From contig JBHGNT010000022.1 in the NCBI GenBank assembly GCA_043228905.1, positions 6,138,001-6,202,000 of the forward strand: a DNA stretch of 64,000 nucleotides, read 5' to 3'. This document shows positions 27,200-40,207 of this stretch, one piece after another (the first letter of the stretch is position 1; the number at the start of each line of letters is the position of its first letter). The stretch is from Azolla caroliniana (lineage: Eukaryota > Plantae > Polypodiophyta). A program made the translations under genes and the position numbers. The notes under the pieces were generated by a model. That model was not told the origin of the DNA and ran no database searches. It worked only from the letters and a program-made list of their open reading frames with translations.

Positions 27200-29173
27200 A
27201 AGAGGCAGTAGGAAGGATGAAGTCGAGGATAAACTGATACATGGAGATGGCATCCTCAAGCAATCAAGCGGGAGAGTTCAAAAGGATGATGCTAATCGTC
27301 AAACAAATGATGAGATCTCGGGACAACGATGGGAGCGTGGAGAAGGCCGTCGACCGTGTCGTAGAGCTCGAGGGTCAATTTGATGGAAGGAACATTACGA
27401 AGTTCCTTGATGCATACAAAAGGGAGATGAATCAAAGGGACGTGTTCGATGCGCGTCAAATTACAAGTTTCAAGAGAGTGGTCGCCAACAACATCCAAAA
27501 ACGCGTCATCGAGCTTCAAGAAGGCAAGACAACATGGTCCGAGTTCGAGAGATCAATATTAGTGGAGTTCGCGACGGAAGATTTATCGAGGATGACTCGA
27601 CATGTCTTGATGAAGTGGATAGAAAAGAAAAATAAGAAGATGAGCGCCTCGAGGGTGTACGATGAATTCGACCAGATGTTTAGTCGTCTCCCCAACACGG
27701 ACCAAGTGCTGCCTGAGGAGGAAAAGACTTTGTACTTCTTAAAAGTTGTGGATATGAAGGATAGACGAGAATTGGGGACTCTTCTTGAAGATGATACCCA
27801 AGCAAATGGGCTTGTGGCAGACTAGATTGCGGTGAAGCGAGCGTGCAACAGGCTCAACAAGCGTTGTCAGTGGGTTGATGACACCGACTTGCCAGGATCG
27901 ATTGGGGAGAAACTGAGACAGCCAAAAGTAGCTGAGCCGCCCAAACAAAGCAACCCGGAAGAAAAGAAGATTGATGATGACATCATCGAAGAATTGGCGA
28001 AGAAGAAGGATGAATCGAAAGATAAGGAAGGGTGTAGAAAGTTCAACGTGGATCATATGAAAGATTGTGAAAAGGTGCTCCAAAGACTCGAAGATGCGAA
28101 TTTGACATTTTCGGGAGAAAAATCCGCATTCGGGCAACTAGAGTTCTTGGTGGTAGGTCACTTGTGTGGAGCATATGGCCGGAAGCCTTCGCCATCCAAG
28201 GTGAACGCGATCCAGGACATGAAAGAAGAATGTGTAACCCAAACGGAGGTTTGAAGGTTCCTTGGAGCATGCACGTTTTATCATATCTGGATTCCGCACT
28301 ACGCTGATGTCGTCGAGCCATTATATGGATTGCTAAAGAAAAGAATGAAGTTCGAATGGCGAGACGAGCATACAAACGCGTAGCGAAGATTGAAGAAACT
28401 ACTTCTTGAAGCCCCAACATTAAGGAAGGCCGACTATACCGAAGGGAAGCCGATTTATGTGACTGTACATATGAGCACAACCGGAATTGGGTGGGACATC
28501 AACCGTGATTGATGTCAAGCGGGAACTTTGGGATATTGTGTCTATAGTAAAGATGGACAAAGACTACCTGATCGGGTCGGAAGTGATAATTGAGACAGAT
28601 TGTCTCCCAATCCTCGGGATGATCTCAAGATGTGCGACACTAGATCTAGCTATGCTAAGGTGGATTGCCTATATCAAATCTTTAAACCCAGAGATCTGCC
28701 ATATTGCAGGAAAGAAGAACGCCATGGCTGACATGTGTTAATCCTAGGGCCGGACAATAGCCTAACACAAGGTGTCCACTTAAGACACTTCACCAAAGGG
28801 TGTTACGGCAGGATGACCTACGACACAACGCTTAATTAGACCTTAATTGGTTACTTAGCAATACATCATTAACACGTGTAAGATATACAATAAGCACAGA
28901 ACAGTAATCAATACTGAAAGGTTAAGGCAATAAGTTCTATTAATTATCCGGTGTCAATTATATTGTAACCGGGCCTTTATATAGGTCTCCGGTGCGAAGT
29001 ACAAAACGGTGCCAACCGACACCTATTCGGAATCGGTCCGGATCCGGATCGGCATACCGATTCCGGTCCGTCCGTCCATATTAATAAAATAATTACAACA
29101 GTTCCCGAATAAACTATTCCTTTCACACTTTGGTCTGGACATCCTTAGGCCTTCTTGCCGGCCGGGTAACACA

Positions 29174-29212
29174 TGGCACGCTCGTGGGACAGTACCTTGT
29201 ACGTTGAACCCA
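29174..29212 (-). other. tRNA-3'-end-like motif replacing the PPT
   Basis: Element sense strand reads ATGGGTTCAACGTACAAGGTACTGTCCCACGAGCGTGCCA-TG-[TGTTACC LTR]. Confidence 0.75.
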
Positions 29213-31920
29213 TTATCCGGCCCTGCTACTCTTTGTCCAAAATGTCCAGAATGCTTTGCTCCAGAATTTCCAATGGCTCGTCGGGAATCTGTTGTTGCTG
29301 TTGTGGCTATTGTTCCGTTTGTGGTTGTTGTGGTGGTTGCTCTGTTTGTGCCTTCTCCGTTTAGGGCTGCTGCTCCGTTTGTTGCTCTGGCACCGACGTT
29401 TCCTTCATTGTCTCCTCCGTCGGAGTTGTCGTTGGCTGACTGATCCCAGCTTGGTCCCCGTTTGGTCCTTGTACCGGCAACGGTTCCTCATCACTAAGGT
29501 TGACCATTGCCGCCTTCCTTGCTTTTTCTTCCCGGAGCCGGGACTGCTCATAGCTCTCAAACTGGATTTGAGACTCCAGCTGATCATCGTCCAGTAGAGC
29601 TATCAGCTGCCGGACCTACACCAATTGTTCATCCGCCAGGGCTGTGAAATCTTCGGCCAGCTCATCCCTTATGGCAGTGAAGTCCTCCGATGTCAGTGTA
29701 TAACAGTCGTCACCTTCCTTCCGCCGGTTTTCCACTTCTTGCCGGAGCTCGGCCAACCTTTCCTGCTGTTGCTTATACTCCGCCTCCAATAGCTTGTAGT
29801 CCCGATGCAGATGATCAAAATCATCAATCTTCTGCTTCCGCCTCTGGTTGATATGCCGGCACACGCGGTCCTCCCGGTCCTTCTATTGACAAAGTTCTTC
29901 CTTCAGCCTTTCAATTTCCGTCTCCGCCATCCGTCGCAACTTGTCTTTCTCCTGCAGCAATTTCTCTTTTTCCTCCTTTAGCCGGTCGTACGCCTGATGT
30001 CCTTTACGCAGGTTTTCCTCTGCCCGGCGGAGGTTCTCAGTAGTCTTCTTTAAGTCTTCTTTGGCAACCTTCTTCAACTCGCGTTCGCGGCTCCGTAATG
30101 CTTCTTGTGTGGCAAGTTCGTCTCTTAAGTCGGCAAGCTCTTGGGCTTGCGCCGCCTCTTTCTCCGGAACAGTTTCTGTCTCCGGAACAATTTCGTATGT
30201 ACATCCACTGGAGTCACCGGTGCTTGGATCTGTGTTGCTATTAAGGCCATTTTGGCCATGTCTTCTGTGATCCGATCCAAGTCTTGTTCGAGGCACCGGA
30301 TTCTAGACCAGGCTGTCTCCAGTTCATCGGTTGTGACGAGCAACCGTTCTGTTTGCGCTCTTTCTTCCGCCTTTATGTATCCGACTACTCCGGCAATTTG
30401 TTCTCCTATCCACCGGAGCCATTGGCTGCCGATGCCCTGTTGTTGCGTCTGCACGGTGGGTTGGCTAATGGGTTCACTTGCCGGTGGCTGGTCCCGCCTT
30501 TCTGCGTCGAGCCGCAATTCCGGCTCTGCCTGCTGACCACTTTGTCGTTCAGGTTCCGGTTGTGTTTCGGTTGGCTGCACTTGTTCTGCTTGTTCTTGGC
30601 CGGCTGAGGAGGTTGGCATTTGTATAACCGGCTCTTGACTTATGGGGCTTGCCGGTGCTGCCTGTTGTGCAGGGACTTATGTGACCGGTTCCATCCGAAC
30701 CGGTTCCGGTGCCTCCCTTGGTGTGGGAGTCTCAGTGTGGGTTGCAGGCGTTCCATCCTTCTGTGGGTTCGAACGCTTCCCGGCTGATTCTTAGGTCCTC
30801 TTCACCGGCCGCCGCTGGAGGTGCTCCGTAGGCTCCTCCTCCATTTCTTCCTCCTAAGTCTCGGCATTCATTCTTGCCGCCAAGGTGTCCGTTTCTTGCT
30901 GCACCGGTCGGTGGAGTGGGCTCTTCAGTAGTCGTGCCGGTGTCTCCTCGTGCGTGTCCGTCGGCCGCTTCCGGCTGGCGCGCTCCTTTGCCGCCTTCTC
31001 TGCGTCGGTCGTCTTCCCCTTAGTGGCCTTGGAGGCCAACAACTGTTGTCGTTTTGAAGTAGCTCTCAGGGTGCTGTCGGGTACTCTTCCCCGTTTCTTG
31101 GTCTGGACGGGCTCGACAGGTGGCGCCAATAGGGTGAGCCATTGCGTCACCGCATGCATATTTTCCGGCCTTCTTTGCCTTCCTTACCTCTTACGGTATC
31201 AATGGCCGTGCACAATCCGTCGGCGATCAGCACCGCCCAATCCACCTTGACCCCTTCATACGTTGCGATAATCAAGCCTGCTCGGTTCTTAGGCATAACG
31301 GGGGGTCGAGGGTATACGTGGCCGAACTCATGGAGTACATGGGCAATTTCGCGGAATAACATATCTTCGCCGCTTTGTGTCCTGTAGCCCTTGTTGGGGA
31401 GAGAATACTCACTGAAATATTTGATGAGCTGCTCGGAGGTAGGATTGTCGATCGTGTAGATGCCCCCCTCCGGAAGGCCTGTTAACGCACGAATCGCCTC
31501 CTCCGTGATCAACTCTGTGTCGATTTCTTTGATAATCGTTTCGGCCTCCTTGTGTGGCGTCGCCTCCCTAATTGTCAAGAAACCCTCCAATCCGTGTTGC
31601 CGTAGCCATTTCTTGGTTGCTTCAAACAGTGTTTGGCAGTCCATCTCTGCGTCGAGGTCGGAGAGCGTTGGGGAGGTTTGACGGTGGTGAGAGTGTGAAA
31701 GAGAAAGTTCTGAGTGAGGGGGTTCTCTGTGCGCGAGCTCTCTTAGATTGATCTTCACGCGTCTGTCTGCGTTTGTTCTCCTTGGTTCGCGAAAGAAGGT
31801 CTCGATGGGTGGGGGTTTTTCTCTCTGCATCTTGGAGCCTTTTTCAAGCCTACTCGTGTGCAAGTCGTGTACTATAATAGCATTACGTGCCATGTGCTGG
31901 TGTTTTAATGCCCTATTCAT
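29190..31920 (-). pseudogene. Extra ORF downstream of pol (sense), about 900 codons, frameshifted; globular N-part, Q/E/P-rich linker, coiled coil
   Basis: Consecutive minus-strand ORFs 31147-31920, 30854-31159, 30125-30619, 29883-30296, 29616-29864. Confidence 0.65.
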
Positions 31921-32525
31921 AGTCTCCTCGTACCTTTTCGAAGTGCCTCTTTACTCCTCGTTTGCATGGCCGTTTCCACCACTCCTTTGCCTGATTTCTT
32001 TGATTCCATTAGATTTTATTATTATTTTTTTAATTAATTGTGTGGTTAATTTTTCTCCGGTCCTAACGGACTCTTACCCGAATGAAGAATCTTCCCGGCA
32101 TCATGACGGTTTGCCGTTGTTTTGCTCTCCCCGGTTGCTGGCTCGTGCTCCTCCTTACCGACTTGGTGGTAGCCGTTTTCCTCACAGATTGCCATCTTGG
32201 TTGGCCTACTGGCGTCCGATTCGGTGTCGGTCCTTCGTTCAAATGGGTTCTAGGGCATAGGTCCTTTGTATGGCTTTAGTCTAAATCCGTTGACCCATTT
32301 ACCCAGCACCTCGCCGGCAAGTGTCCCTAATTGGTAAGACCCATTGAACCTGTGTGTGATCCAGTACGGTCCGGTCCATCTAAACCGTAGTTTGCCTGGC
32401 ATTTTACCCATCCGGATCTGGAACATTAGTACCGGCTTGCGGATTTTGAACATCTTTTCGTTTCCTTTTCGGTGCCGATCTACAAACGCTTTCCGTCGCC
32501 GTTGTTCCAATTCGGTTAAAGGTGT

Positions 32526-33150
32526 TATAGGTTTTAGGGTTAGGGTTAAGGACAATGATAATCATGATAAAGATAGACATGGTGGTTATGATGATGATGG
32601 AGAGTATTGGATTGATGGCGAGAGAGATCATGTGCATTGAGAAGCATTGCGGGGTGGGGGGTGGTGCCTAGAATGGCTCCACCCCCCTCCCAAGGGGATT
32701 CAACGTTGAGGGGGAGAGAGAGAGAGAGAGAGAGAGATTGAGAGAGAAAATGATCATTCATCTTTCATTCATTCCCCATAAGGGGTTCAATAGTACAAGA
32801 GGGGGTAGATACAAACGGGTGTAAGCCCCCTAGAGCATTCATATTGGACACTCACTCACACCTCCTTGTATCCATCCACGTGCACACACGTGTGCATGTG
32901 TTCACATACGTATCGACTCACAATTATATTTATGCCCCCTACACACACACAACAATCATCATGATAACATTTGACCCTCGCTCATCACATTGACTCTCCG
33001 TACATCTCGTACGGGGTAACACAATATGGCACGCTCGTGGGAAAGTGCCTTGCACGTCGATCCCACATGCCTTGATGATGATATTTCTTCGACCGGAACT
33101 TCCATCGGTCCTTTCAACGATCGACTCCCTCGATCAGAATGCTTGACTCG
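32526..33150 (-). mobile_element. 3' end plus LTR (32526-33021) of a relative of the 39704-49683 family, embedded in the Gypsy integrase
   Basis: LTR starts TGTTACCCC and shares the GGGGGGTGGAGCCATTCTAGGC hairpin. It is preceded by the CCA motif (33027-33066). No TSD; about 60 bp of integrase (ELEQRRRKAFVDRHRKGN) is duplicated instead. Confidence 0.75.
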
Positions 33151-36100
33151 AACATCTTTTTGTTTCCTTTTCGGTGCCGATCTACAAACGCTTTCCGTCG
33201 CCGTTGTTCCAATTCCAGGTGCATGATGCTCGCCAGTCGGTGTTCTTCTAGTTCACACAGAGCCTTTAACCCAGTTGCTTCTGATTCCTTTTCATTAAGT
33301 CGTTCCCGAATCTGGATCCGTAAGCTCGGTACTTGGAACTCAACCGGCATGACTACCTCTAATCTGAATGCTAACCAGAACGGCGTTGTTCGGATGCTTG
33401 TTTTGTACGTTGTCCGGTAAGCCCAGAGCGCACTGTGCAGCTTCGTGTCCCAATCTGTCTGATTCTCATTGACGATCTTGCGCAGGATATTCTGTAGCGT
33501 TTTGTTTGTTGACTCCGCTAATCCATTGGCTTGTGGGTAGTACGGGGTGCTCCGTTTATGTACTACCACATAGAATGACGTCAAGCTCTCCACTACCTAT
33601 CCAAGAAAGTGTCCTCCTTAGTCGCTTATCAGCTCTATGGGGCATCCGTACCGGCACCAAATGTATTCGTATAAGAATTTTGCCATCGACGCCGCGGTAT
33701 TGTCTCGTAGGGCTTTGGCTTCCACCCATTTAGTGCAGTAGTCCGTTGCGACGATCACATACCGGTTGCCAGTTCTCAATGCCGGTGGTTTAAATGGTCC
33801 GACAAAATCTAGTCCCCATTTCTGAAATGGTTCTAGCGGTAGTACTGGCCGGTGTGGCATCCTAGCTTGTTCCGTTGGCTGGCCCATTGGCTGGCATAGA
33901 TCACACTCTTTTGCGTACCGGATTGCGTCTTTCAATGTAGTCGGCCACCATAGGCCACTTTGCCATATCTTCCTTGCCGTAGCATCCCCAGCATAATGGC
34001 CTCCGGCGACTCCAAAGTGTGCTTCCCATAGTATTACCTCTTTCTCGTCGCTGCGCACCGCTCGTCGCCATATACCGTCCGCACCTTTGTGGTATAGCGT
34101 GTCCCGTAATAAACAGAAGTGTCGGCTTTGTACCGCCAGGCGTTTCCTCTCGTCCCGGTTCATCTCCTCCGGAGGCAATCCGGTGCTCAGAAATTGGTGC
34201 ATATTTGTTAGCCACTTATCTTTTCACGCCACTGTTTCATCTGTTGCCGTTTCCGCGATGACTTGAAATAGCTCGGCATCCTGAAACTCGTCCGGTACTC
34301 CGTCACCAGTTTCGCCAGAATCTAACCAGCTTAAATAATTTGCTACCGCATGCTGTATACCGGGTCGGTGGAATATCTCGAATTCGAATTCCTGTAATAG
34401 CAAAGTCGACCGGGCCAACTTACCGATAAGTGACGCTTTGGACACTAGGTAGAGGAGTGCCGAATGATCTACATGGAAAGAAAACTTTCTTCCCAATAAA
34501 TAATGCCTGAATTTTGTTACGTTGTAGATCATGCCTAAAACTTCCCTTTCCGTGGTGGAATAATTTCATTCGGCTTGGGATAACTTCCGGCTTGCATAAT
34601 ATATGGGCCGGTACCATCTTGGCTCCGTAAGTTGCATCAGCGCACTCCCCATTGCAATGTCGGACGCATCCTCGAACACATGAAATTCCTTCGCCCAATC
34701 TGGGGGTTGCACTACCAGCGCTTGCGACAATAGAACTTTGAGTGCCCGGTATGCCTTGTCTTTGGTGTCGGTCCACTTGAACGGTGTTCGGTGTACCGCA
34801 ACATGCAGTGGTGTAGCTAGGTCTGCCAAATACCGGAGCATTCGGCTATGCCAACGGATTTGGCCTAAGAAACGGCTCAATGCCTTTGCCGTTGTTGGTG
34901 TCGGTGCCTCCAGGATTGCTTTTACTTGGTCCGGATCCACGGCGATGCCTTCCTTGCTCGCAATGTGCCCCAGTAGCGTTCCGCTGGACACGCCGAATAA
35001 ACACTTCGCCGGATTCAGGCTTAGCCGATAAGTCCTACACTTTTCTAGACACAGTCAAAGCTGCTGAAGGTGGTCTCCTTCCCAGTTGTAAACGGCGAAG
35101 TCGTCGAGGAACACCTGCATGAATGCCGGTATGAATTCTCCGAATATTTTCATGATGATCCTCTAGAACGTTGCCAGCGCCGTTTTTAGTCCGAACATCA
35201 TCACTACGGCAACAAACACTCCCCCTTCAGTGACGAAAGCCGTTTTCTCCTGGTCATCGGGGTGCATCCGGATCTGGTTGTATCCGCTGAATCCGTCTAA
35301 AAATCTGTTTACCTCATGGCCGGCGACTACGTCCAAAACTCCATCCGTAAATGGAAGTGGAAATGCATCAATTACCGTCACCGCATTAAGCTTTTGGTAG
35401 TCGACGCATACCCTAATTTTGCCGTTTTTCTTTGGTATGACTACTATCAGGCTCAGCCATGTAGATTTCTTTACGGGGCGGATAAAGCCAACCCTCAGCA
35501 ACTTGTCGATTTCCTCCTTCACTTTGGCGGCGTAGTTTGGATTCATCCGGTACCGTCACTGCGCTACCGGTTTGGCGTTTTTGCTCAAATGTATCTGATG
35601 CTAATATAGCTGAGGATCCAGCCCTCTCATATCCTCGTAGGACCAGGCAAACACGTCCCGAAACTCTTTGAGAAGTGTAATCATCGCCGTTCTGTTCTCC
35701 GTAGTCATTTCCTTGGCTATCTGCACCAGTCTCGCCTCTTCCGTAGTTCCTAGATTTACCTCCTCTAGTTGGGATGCTTTAACCCGTTGTGATACGGCCA
35801 TTTCTCTTTCCAGCGCTCCTTGTGCTTGCCGTAGCTCCCGGATCGCTTCTTTCTTTGGTTCTTCGTCCGCTCCGCATGGTGGCAGTATGTATGGTGATAC
35901 GGCTTCAGTTACGTCAATTTCGAACAGGGGTACTATCTTCGGATTAACTTGCAAGTATTGATCCACCTCTTCATCTACTAATTCGTCCAGCATATTCACG
36001 CATTCGGCATATAGGGGTGTCAATTCCTTCCCGGTACCCGTCCGTGGTTGTGTCGGTACTCGTACTTTTGCTTTTCCCCGCCGAAAGGTGATTATATTCT

Positions 36101-39100
36101 TTCTCCAGTTTTGTTTAATGTGCGTCGTTTTTAGCCATGGCCAGCCCAACAATAGCGGGTAAGCTCCTTGTGCCTGTAATTGTAGCACTACTACCGAGAT
36201 GCGAAATGTGTGGCCGCCGATTGTTACTTGCAAATCTCGTATTAAGCCGGTTGGTCGCATTGAGCTTGTATCCGCCATCCGTAGCCAGAACGGGCATGGT
36301 TCACACTGTTGGATTCCCAAGGTTGTGCATGTTCGGAGGCTAATCACATTGACGTCGGATCCTCCATCTATTACTATTCCGGGTAACTCCTTTCCCTCCA
36401 CAATGGCTGTGATCGCCGAACTGTTTGTGTCTACCACCGTCGGTCCCTCCACCGGATTTGAGAAGAATGTTGGTGTCGATGGTGTTTCTCCTGCCGTCAT
36501 GCCTGTCTTGAGTCCTTTTGTGAATCTGGGCACTAGTTGTAGGAGCCGTCGTAATGGCAGCGTGATTAGGCACTCCTGTAATGCCTGCCATGTCGCATTT
36601 TCAGTTTGACTGCCGCCGGCGAGCTCTTCGGTGTTCTCCTTATGCTGCGCAAGTTCTGCTACATTTCGCTCATTTGCCTTTTTCACCCATTCCGTTGCCT
36701 GCTTCCGGATGGCCTCTTGTGTCTCCCATTCCATCGTCTTGCCCTTCGACCTTGTCGTAACCTGCTGCAAGTCTGTGACTTCGGCGACTACCATGTTTAT
36801 TGCCGGCAATAATAGCAATATGCTTTCCGAGTATTGTTGGATTCAGCATTATTTCCTGTACCCGATGGAGGACCTGTGGTAACCGCGGGGCTTTGGTTCG
36901 GTTGGCTGCTTGAGGCGCCTTTTTCCGGTTCACGTGGATGGCTCCCTTTTTTGAAATGGCGTTTTTTATTAAAGTTCTTTTTGCTGCAGTACCCTTGACG
37001 GGGTTGGTCATCATATCTCCCGAAATCTTCCCGTCGTTGGTGATACCCGGGGGAGTGATCCCAGTTGTAATGCTCCTACCGTCCATTGTAATCTCGATAC
37101 CTGTCATGTCTCTCGTGTTGGTCATAGTTGTCTCGCCGATCGCCGTACCGGACATCCTGTGCCGGTCGATATCGCTCCTCTCGCAGCCAGCGTTCATCTT
37201 CTTCGTCTCGGTTGCTACGTGGCTCGATTTGTCGGACTGGTGGTGCTTCCCGATTCAATAAGTTATATTCGCACCGGTCCATCGTGTGGCTCGTAGATTG
37301 GCAGAGTAAGCAGTGCGTCCGCATGGTGCACTCCAGTGACGAGTGTCCGGAATTCAAGCAAGTCGTGCATTGGATTGCTTGCCAGAACCGGAGATCCTCA
37401 TCGGTTGGTAACGCTCGTTGGACGGCTCCCATTGTTAGCCAAGAGCTTGTTTTCTCCATTTCTCTAACCCAGTCGATGACCTGGTTGACGGTGCTTGTGC
37501 GAAAGTCGATGACCGTGCATACCATTCGTAGAGGTTCCCGGAGCACAGCTAAGAATATAGCCCGTGTTTCTTCCTCCGGAGGTGCGCGGGTAAGCTGACT
37601 TTGCATCCGTTGAAACCGGATGACAAACTGCGGAATGCTCTCCCCGGGGTCCTGCCGGATGGTAGAAAATAGGCCCACCATTTCTCTCTGGTCCACCTCC
37701 TTCTGAAAGAAGTGCAAGAATTAATCTTTCAAGTCCGCAAAGGTGGTGATGGTGCTGGGGTCCTGCGTCCGGTGCCATCTAGCGGCCGGTCCTTCCAATG
37801 TCACACCGAATTCAGCTATCTTAGATCGTTCCTCTTCGGCCACAGTTAACCGTTGTGACACATGGTTCGCCTCCCATGTTTGTTGAAACGCGTGAACATG
37901 AGCCTCCGTGTCCGGGTCATCCCTATACTTGGAGTACTGGAACGACATGTCGTCGTCCGGTGTCGGTACGCGGGCTGGCGGTGTCGATGGTCTTTCCTGC
38001 TGTTCCGTCGGCGTTGGAGGTCTTTGTCGATCTTCCTTTGGTGTTGCCGGCTCGACTTCCGATGTCGGAGGTCTTTCTTTGTCTTCTTCCGTCTCCGGAG
38101 GTTGATCCACGTCTACTGCCAGGGGTTCTCGGTCTGACAACTCTAGTTCCGGTGTTGCTAATGTATCTGACTCCTCGTCCTCCGGTCCTCCTAGGGTGTC
38201 GTTACTGCTGCGATAGTTCGTGTGCGCGCTGTAACCCCCTTCCGAATCCGATTCCAGCGCTGAAAATGCTTCGGATTCGCCGTCTCTTCCAGCCAAGTCC
38301 TGGAGAAGGGATTCCGCTTCCCGGAGACTGCTTAAGCTGCTTCCTTCATCGGGTAGGCGTTTTGTTGTAGACGGAGCGACTCCTCCGCCACTTTCCGGAT
38401 CACTTTGGAAAATGATTGATCCGATCGGATTTCTTCTGCTGCTTACTGGAAAAGCCTCTCGCCGTTTTTCGCCGTTCAGCAAGTCTTCATGCTCTCTCCA
38501 TAACTAGGTCGTCTGTTGGCCTAGTCATCCATTCCCGCCACTGTTCACTGCGATTGTGCAGGAATCGTGGTCGCCAAAAACTGTGTTAATCCTAGGGCCG
38601 GACAACATCCTAACATAGGGTGTCCACTTCACCAAAGGGTGTTATGGCAGGACGACTTACGACACAACGCTTAATTAGACCTTAATTGGTTACTTAGCAA
38701 TACATCATTAACGCGCGTAAGATATACAATAAGCACAGAACGATAATCAATACTGAAAGGTTAAGGCAATAAGTTTTATTAATTATCCACTGTCAATTAC
38801 ATTGTAACCGGGCCTTTATATAGGTCTCCGGTGCGAAGTACAAAACGATGCCAACTAGCACCTATTCGGAATCGGTCCGGATCCAGATCGGCATACCGAT
38901 TCCGGTCTGTCCGTCCATATTAATAAAATAATTACAACAGTTCCCGAATAAACTATTCCCTTCACACTTTGGTCTGGACATCCTTAAGCCTTCTTGCCGG
39001 CCGGGTAACAACATGTTGTCAAGGGCAAGATTCGAGAATGAAAGTGACATGGTTTCGAAAGATGAAGTTGTCACCCTCGACTTCTTCAAGATGGCCCGAC

Positions 39101-40207
39101 TATCGGCGGAAGACAAGGACACGCTAACCCTCCACGCCTTCAACAAGGACGAGTACGAAGGAGAGGGTTATTGATTGGCAGATTCTTAAGAACAAGTGGA
39201 AGGACGGGCCTGGGCAAATAAGATGACGTCAGCTATTTGCAAATTTCTACTTAAGGCGGTTGTCTGCCGATACGGACGTGTGGGGAAGATAGTGGCTGAT
39301 CGAGGGGAGTTGGATGCATGCGAAGCAACAGGAGCTCTTCGATCGACTAGGCGTGAAGCTCTCCCTCACAACTGCTTATAATCCAGAAGCGAATGGGAAG
39401 ATCGAGCGAGGGCATGGACCAATCATCAAAGCCATCATACAAGTATGCAACACTCGAGTCGGGAACTGGCCACAACTATTGCCCTATGCCTTGTAGGCTG
39501 ACAGAACTACACACAGTTCAGTGATAGGGTATATGCCAACAGAGCTTACGTATGGATAGAAGCCGGTAATGCCCATCAAAAGGACGATCGCCTCATGGGT
39601 AGCAATACCATGGGAGAACGACATGAGTCGAGAAGAATTATTAGTGGCACGGATAAGGCAACTTGAAAGGAGACCTAAAGATCTAGAAAAAGCGTGACAG
39701 ATGTGTTACCCGTAACAATATACAAGAAAGCATAAGGGTATGTGTAATGATGTGGTTGATGTGTATGTGTAAAGTAAATGAGTGTGTGAGGATGAGTATG
39801 TGTATGGAAACATGCACAATTATGTGCATGTGTACAAGAATGTGTAAGGGTCTTATTTATAACGGTCATGTAACCGTTACATTGGATGTATTATATAAAC
39901 CCCCTATGGGGTATGTAATGAATAACCTTTTTCCCCTCTCACATTGTGTCATTTTCTATTTCCCTCTCTCTCTAGTTCTCTCACTATCGTAACCCCCTTG
40001 GGAGGGGGGTGAAGCCATTCTAGGCTTCACCCCCCACCCAACAACACTTTTGGCACGCTTGAACGGACGAACTCCCTTGAGAAGAGGTCACTCTCTCCCT
40101 CCCTCACTCTCCCGCTCCATCACTAATCCCTAACTAATCCCTCGTTCTCACCCTCTCTACGGATAGATATCTATGTTGGAGAGTGTGGTTTGTATGTAGA
40201 CTCTTTG

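Larger units (their letters stand above)
28736..39010 (-). mobile_element. Non-chromovirus Ty3/gypsy (Athila/Tat/Selgy-like) with an extra 3' ORF and no PPT
   Basis: LTRs 38584-39010 and 28736-29171. TSD ACATG. PBS TGGCGACCAC at 38567-38576 (minus). Gag 38482-37076 with two CCHC knuckles. Protease (IVIDGGS). FAWSYEDM. RT (FLDGFSGYNQI, DQEKTAF). RH. Integrase (PFQKWGLDFVGP, YYPQANG). Confidence 0.92.

Noticed and set aside
29174-29190. Ordinary PBS of a plus-strand element
   Set aside because: All gag-pol coding is on the minus strand and a separate PBS sits beside the other LTR (38567-38576), so this site occupies the PPT position.
32530-32551. Interstitial telomere (TTTTAGGGTTAGGGTTAAGG)
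   Set aside because: Only 2-3 imperfect units inside an LTR; at most a telo-box.
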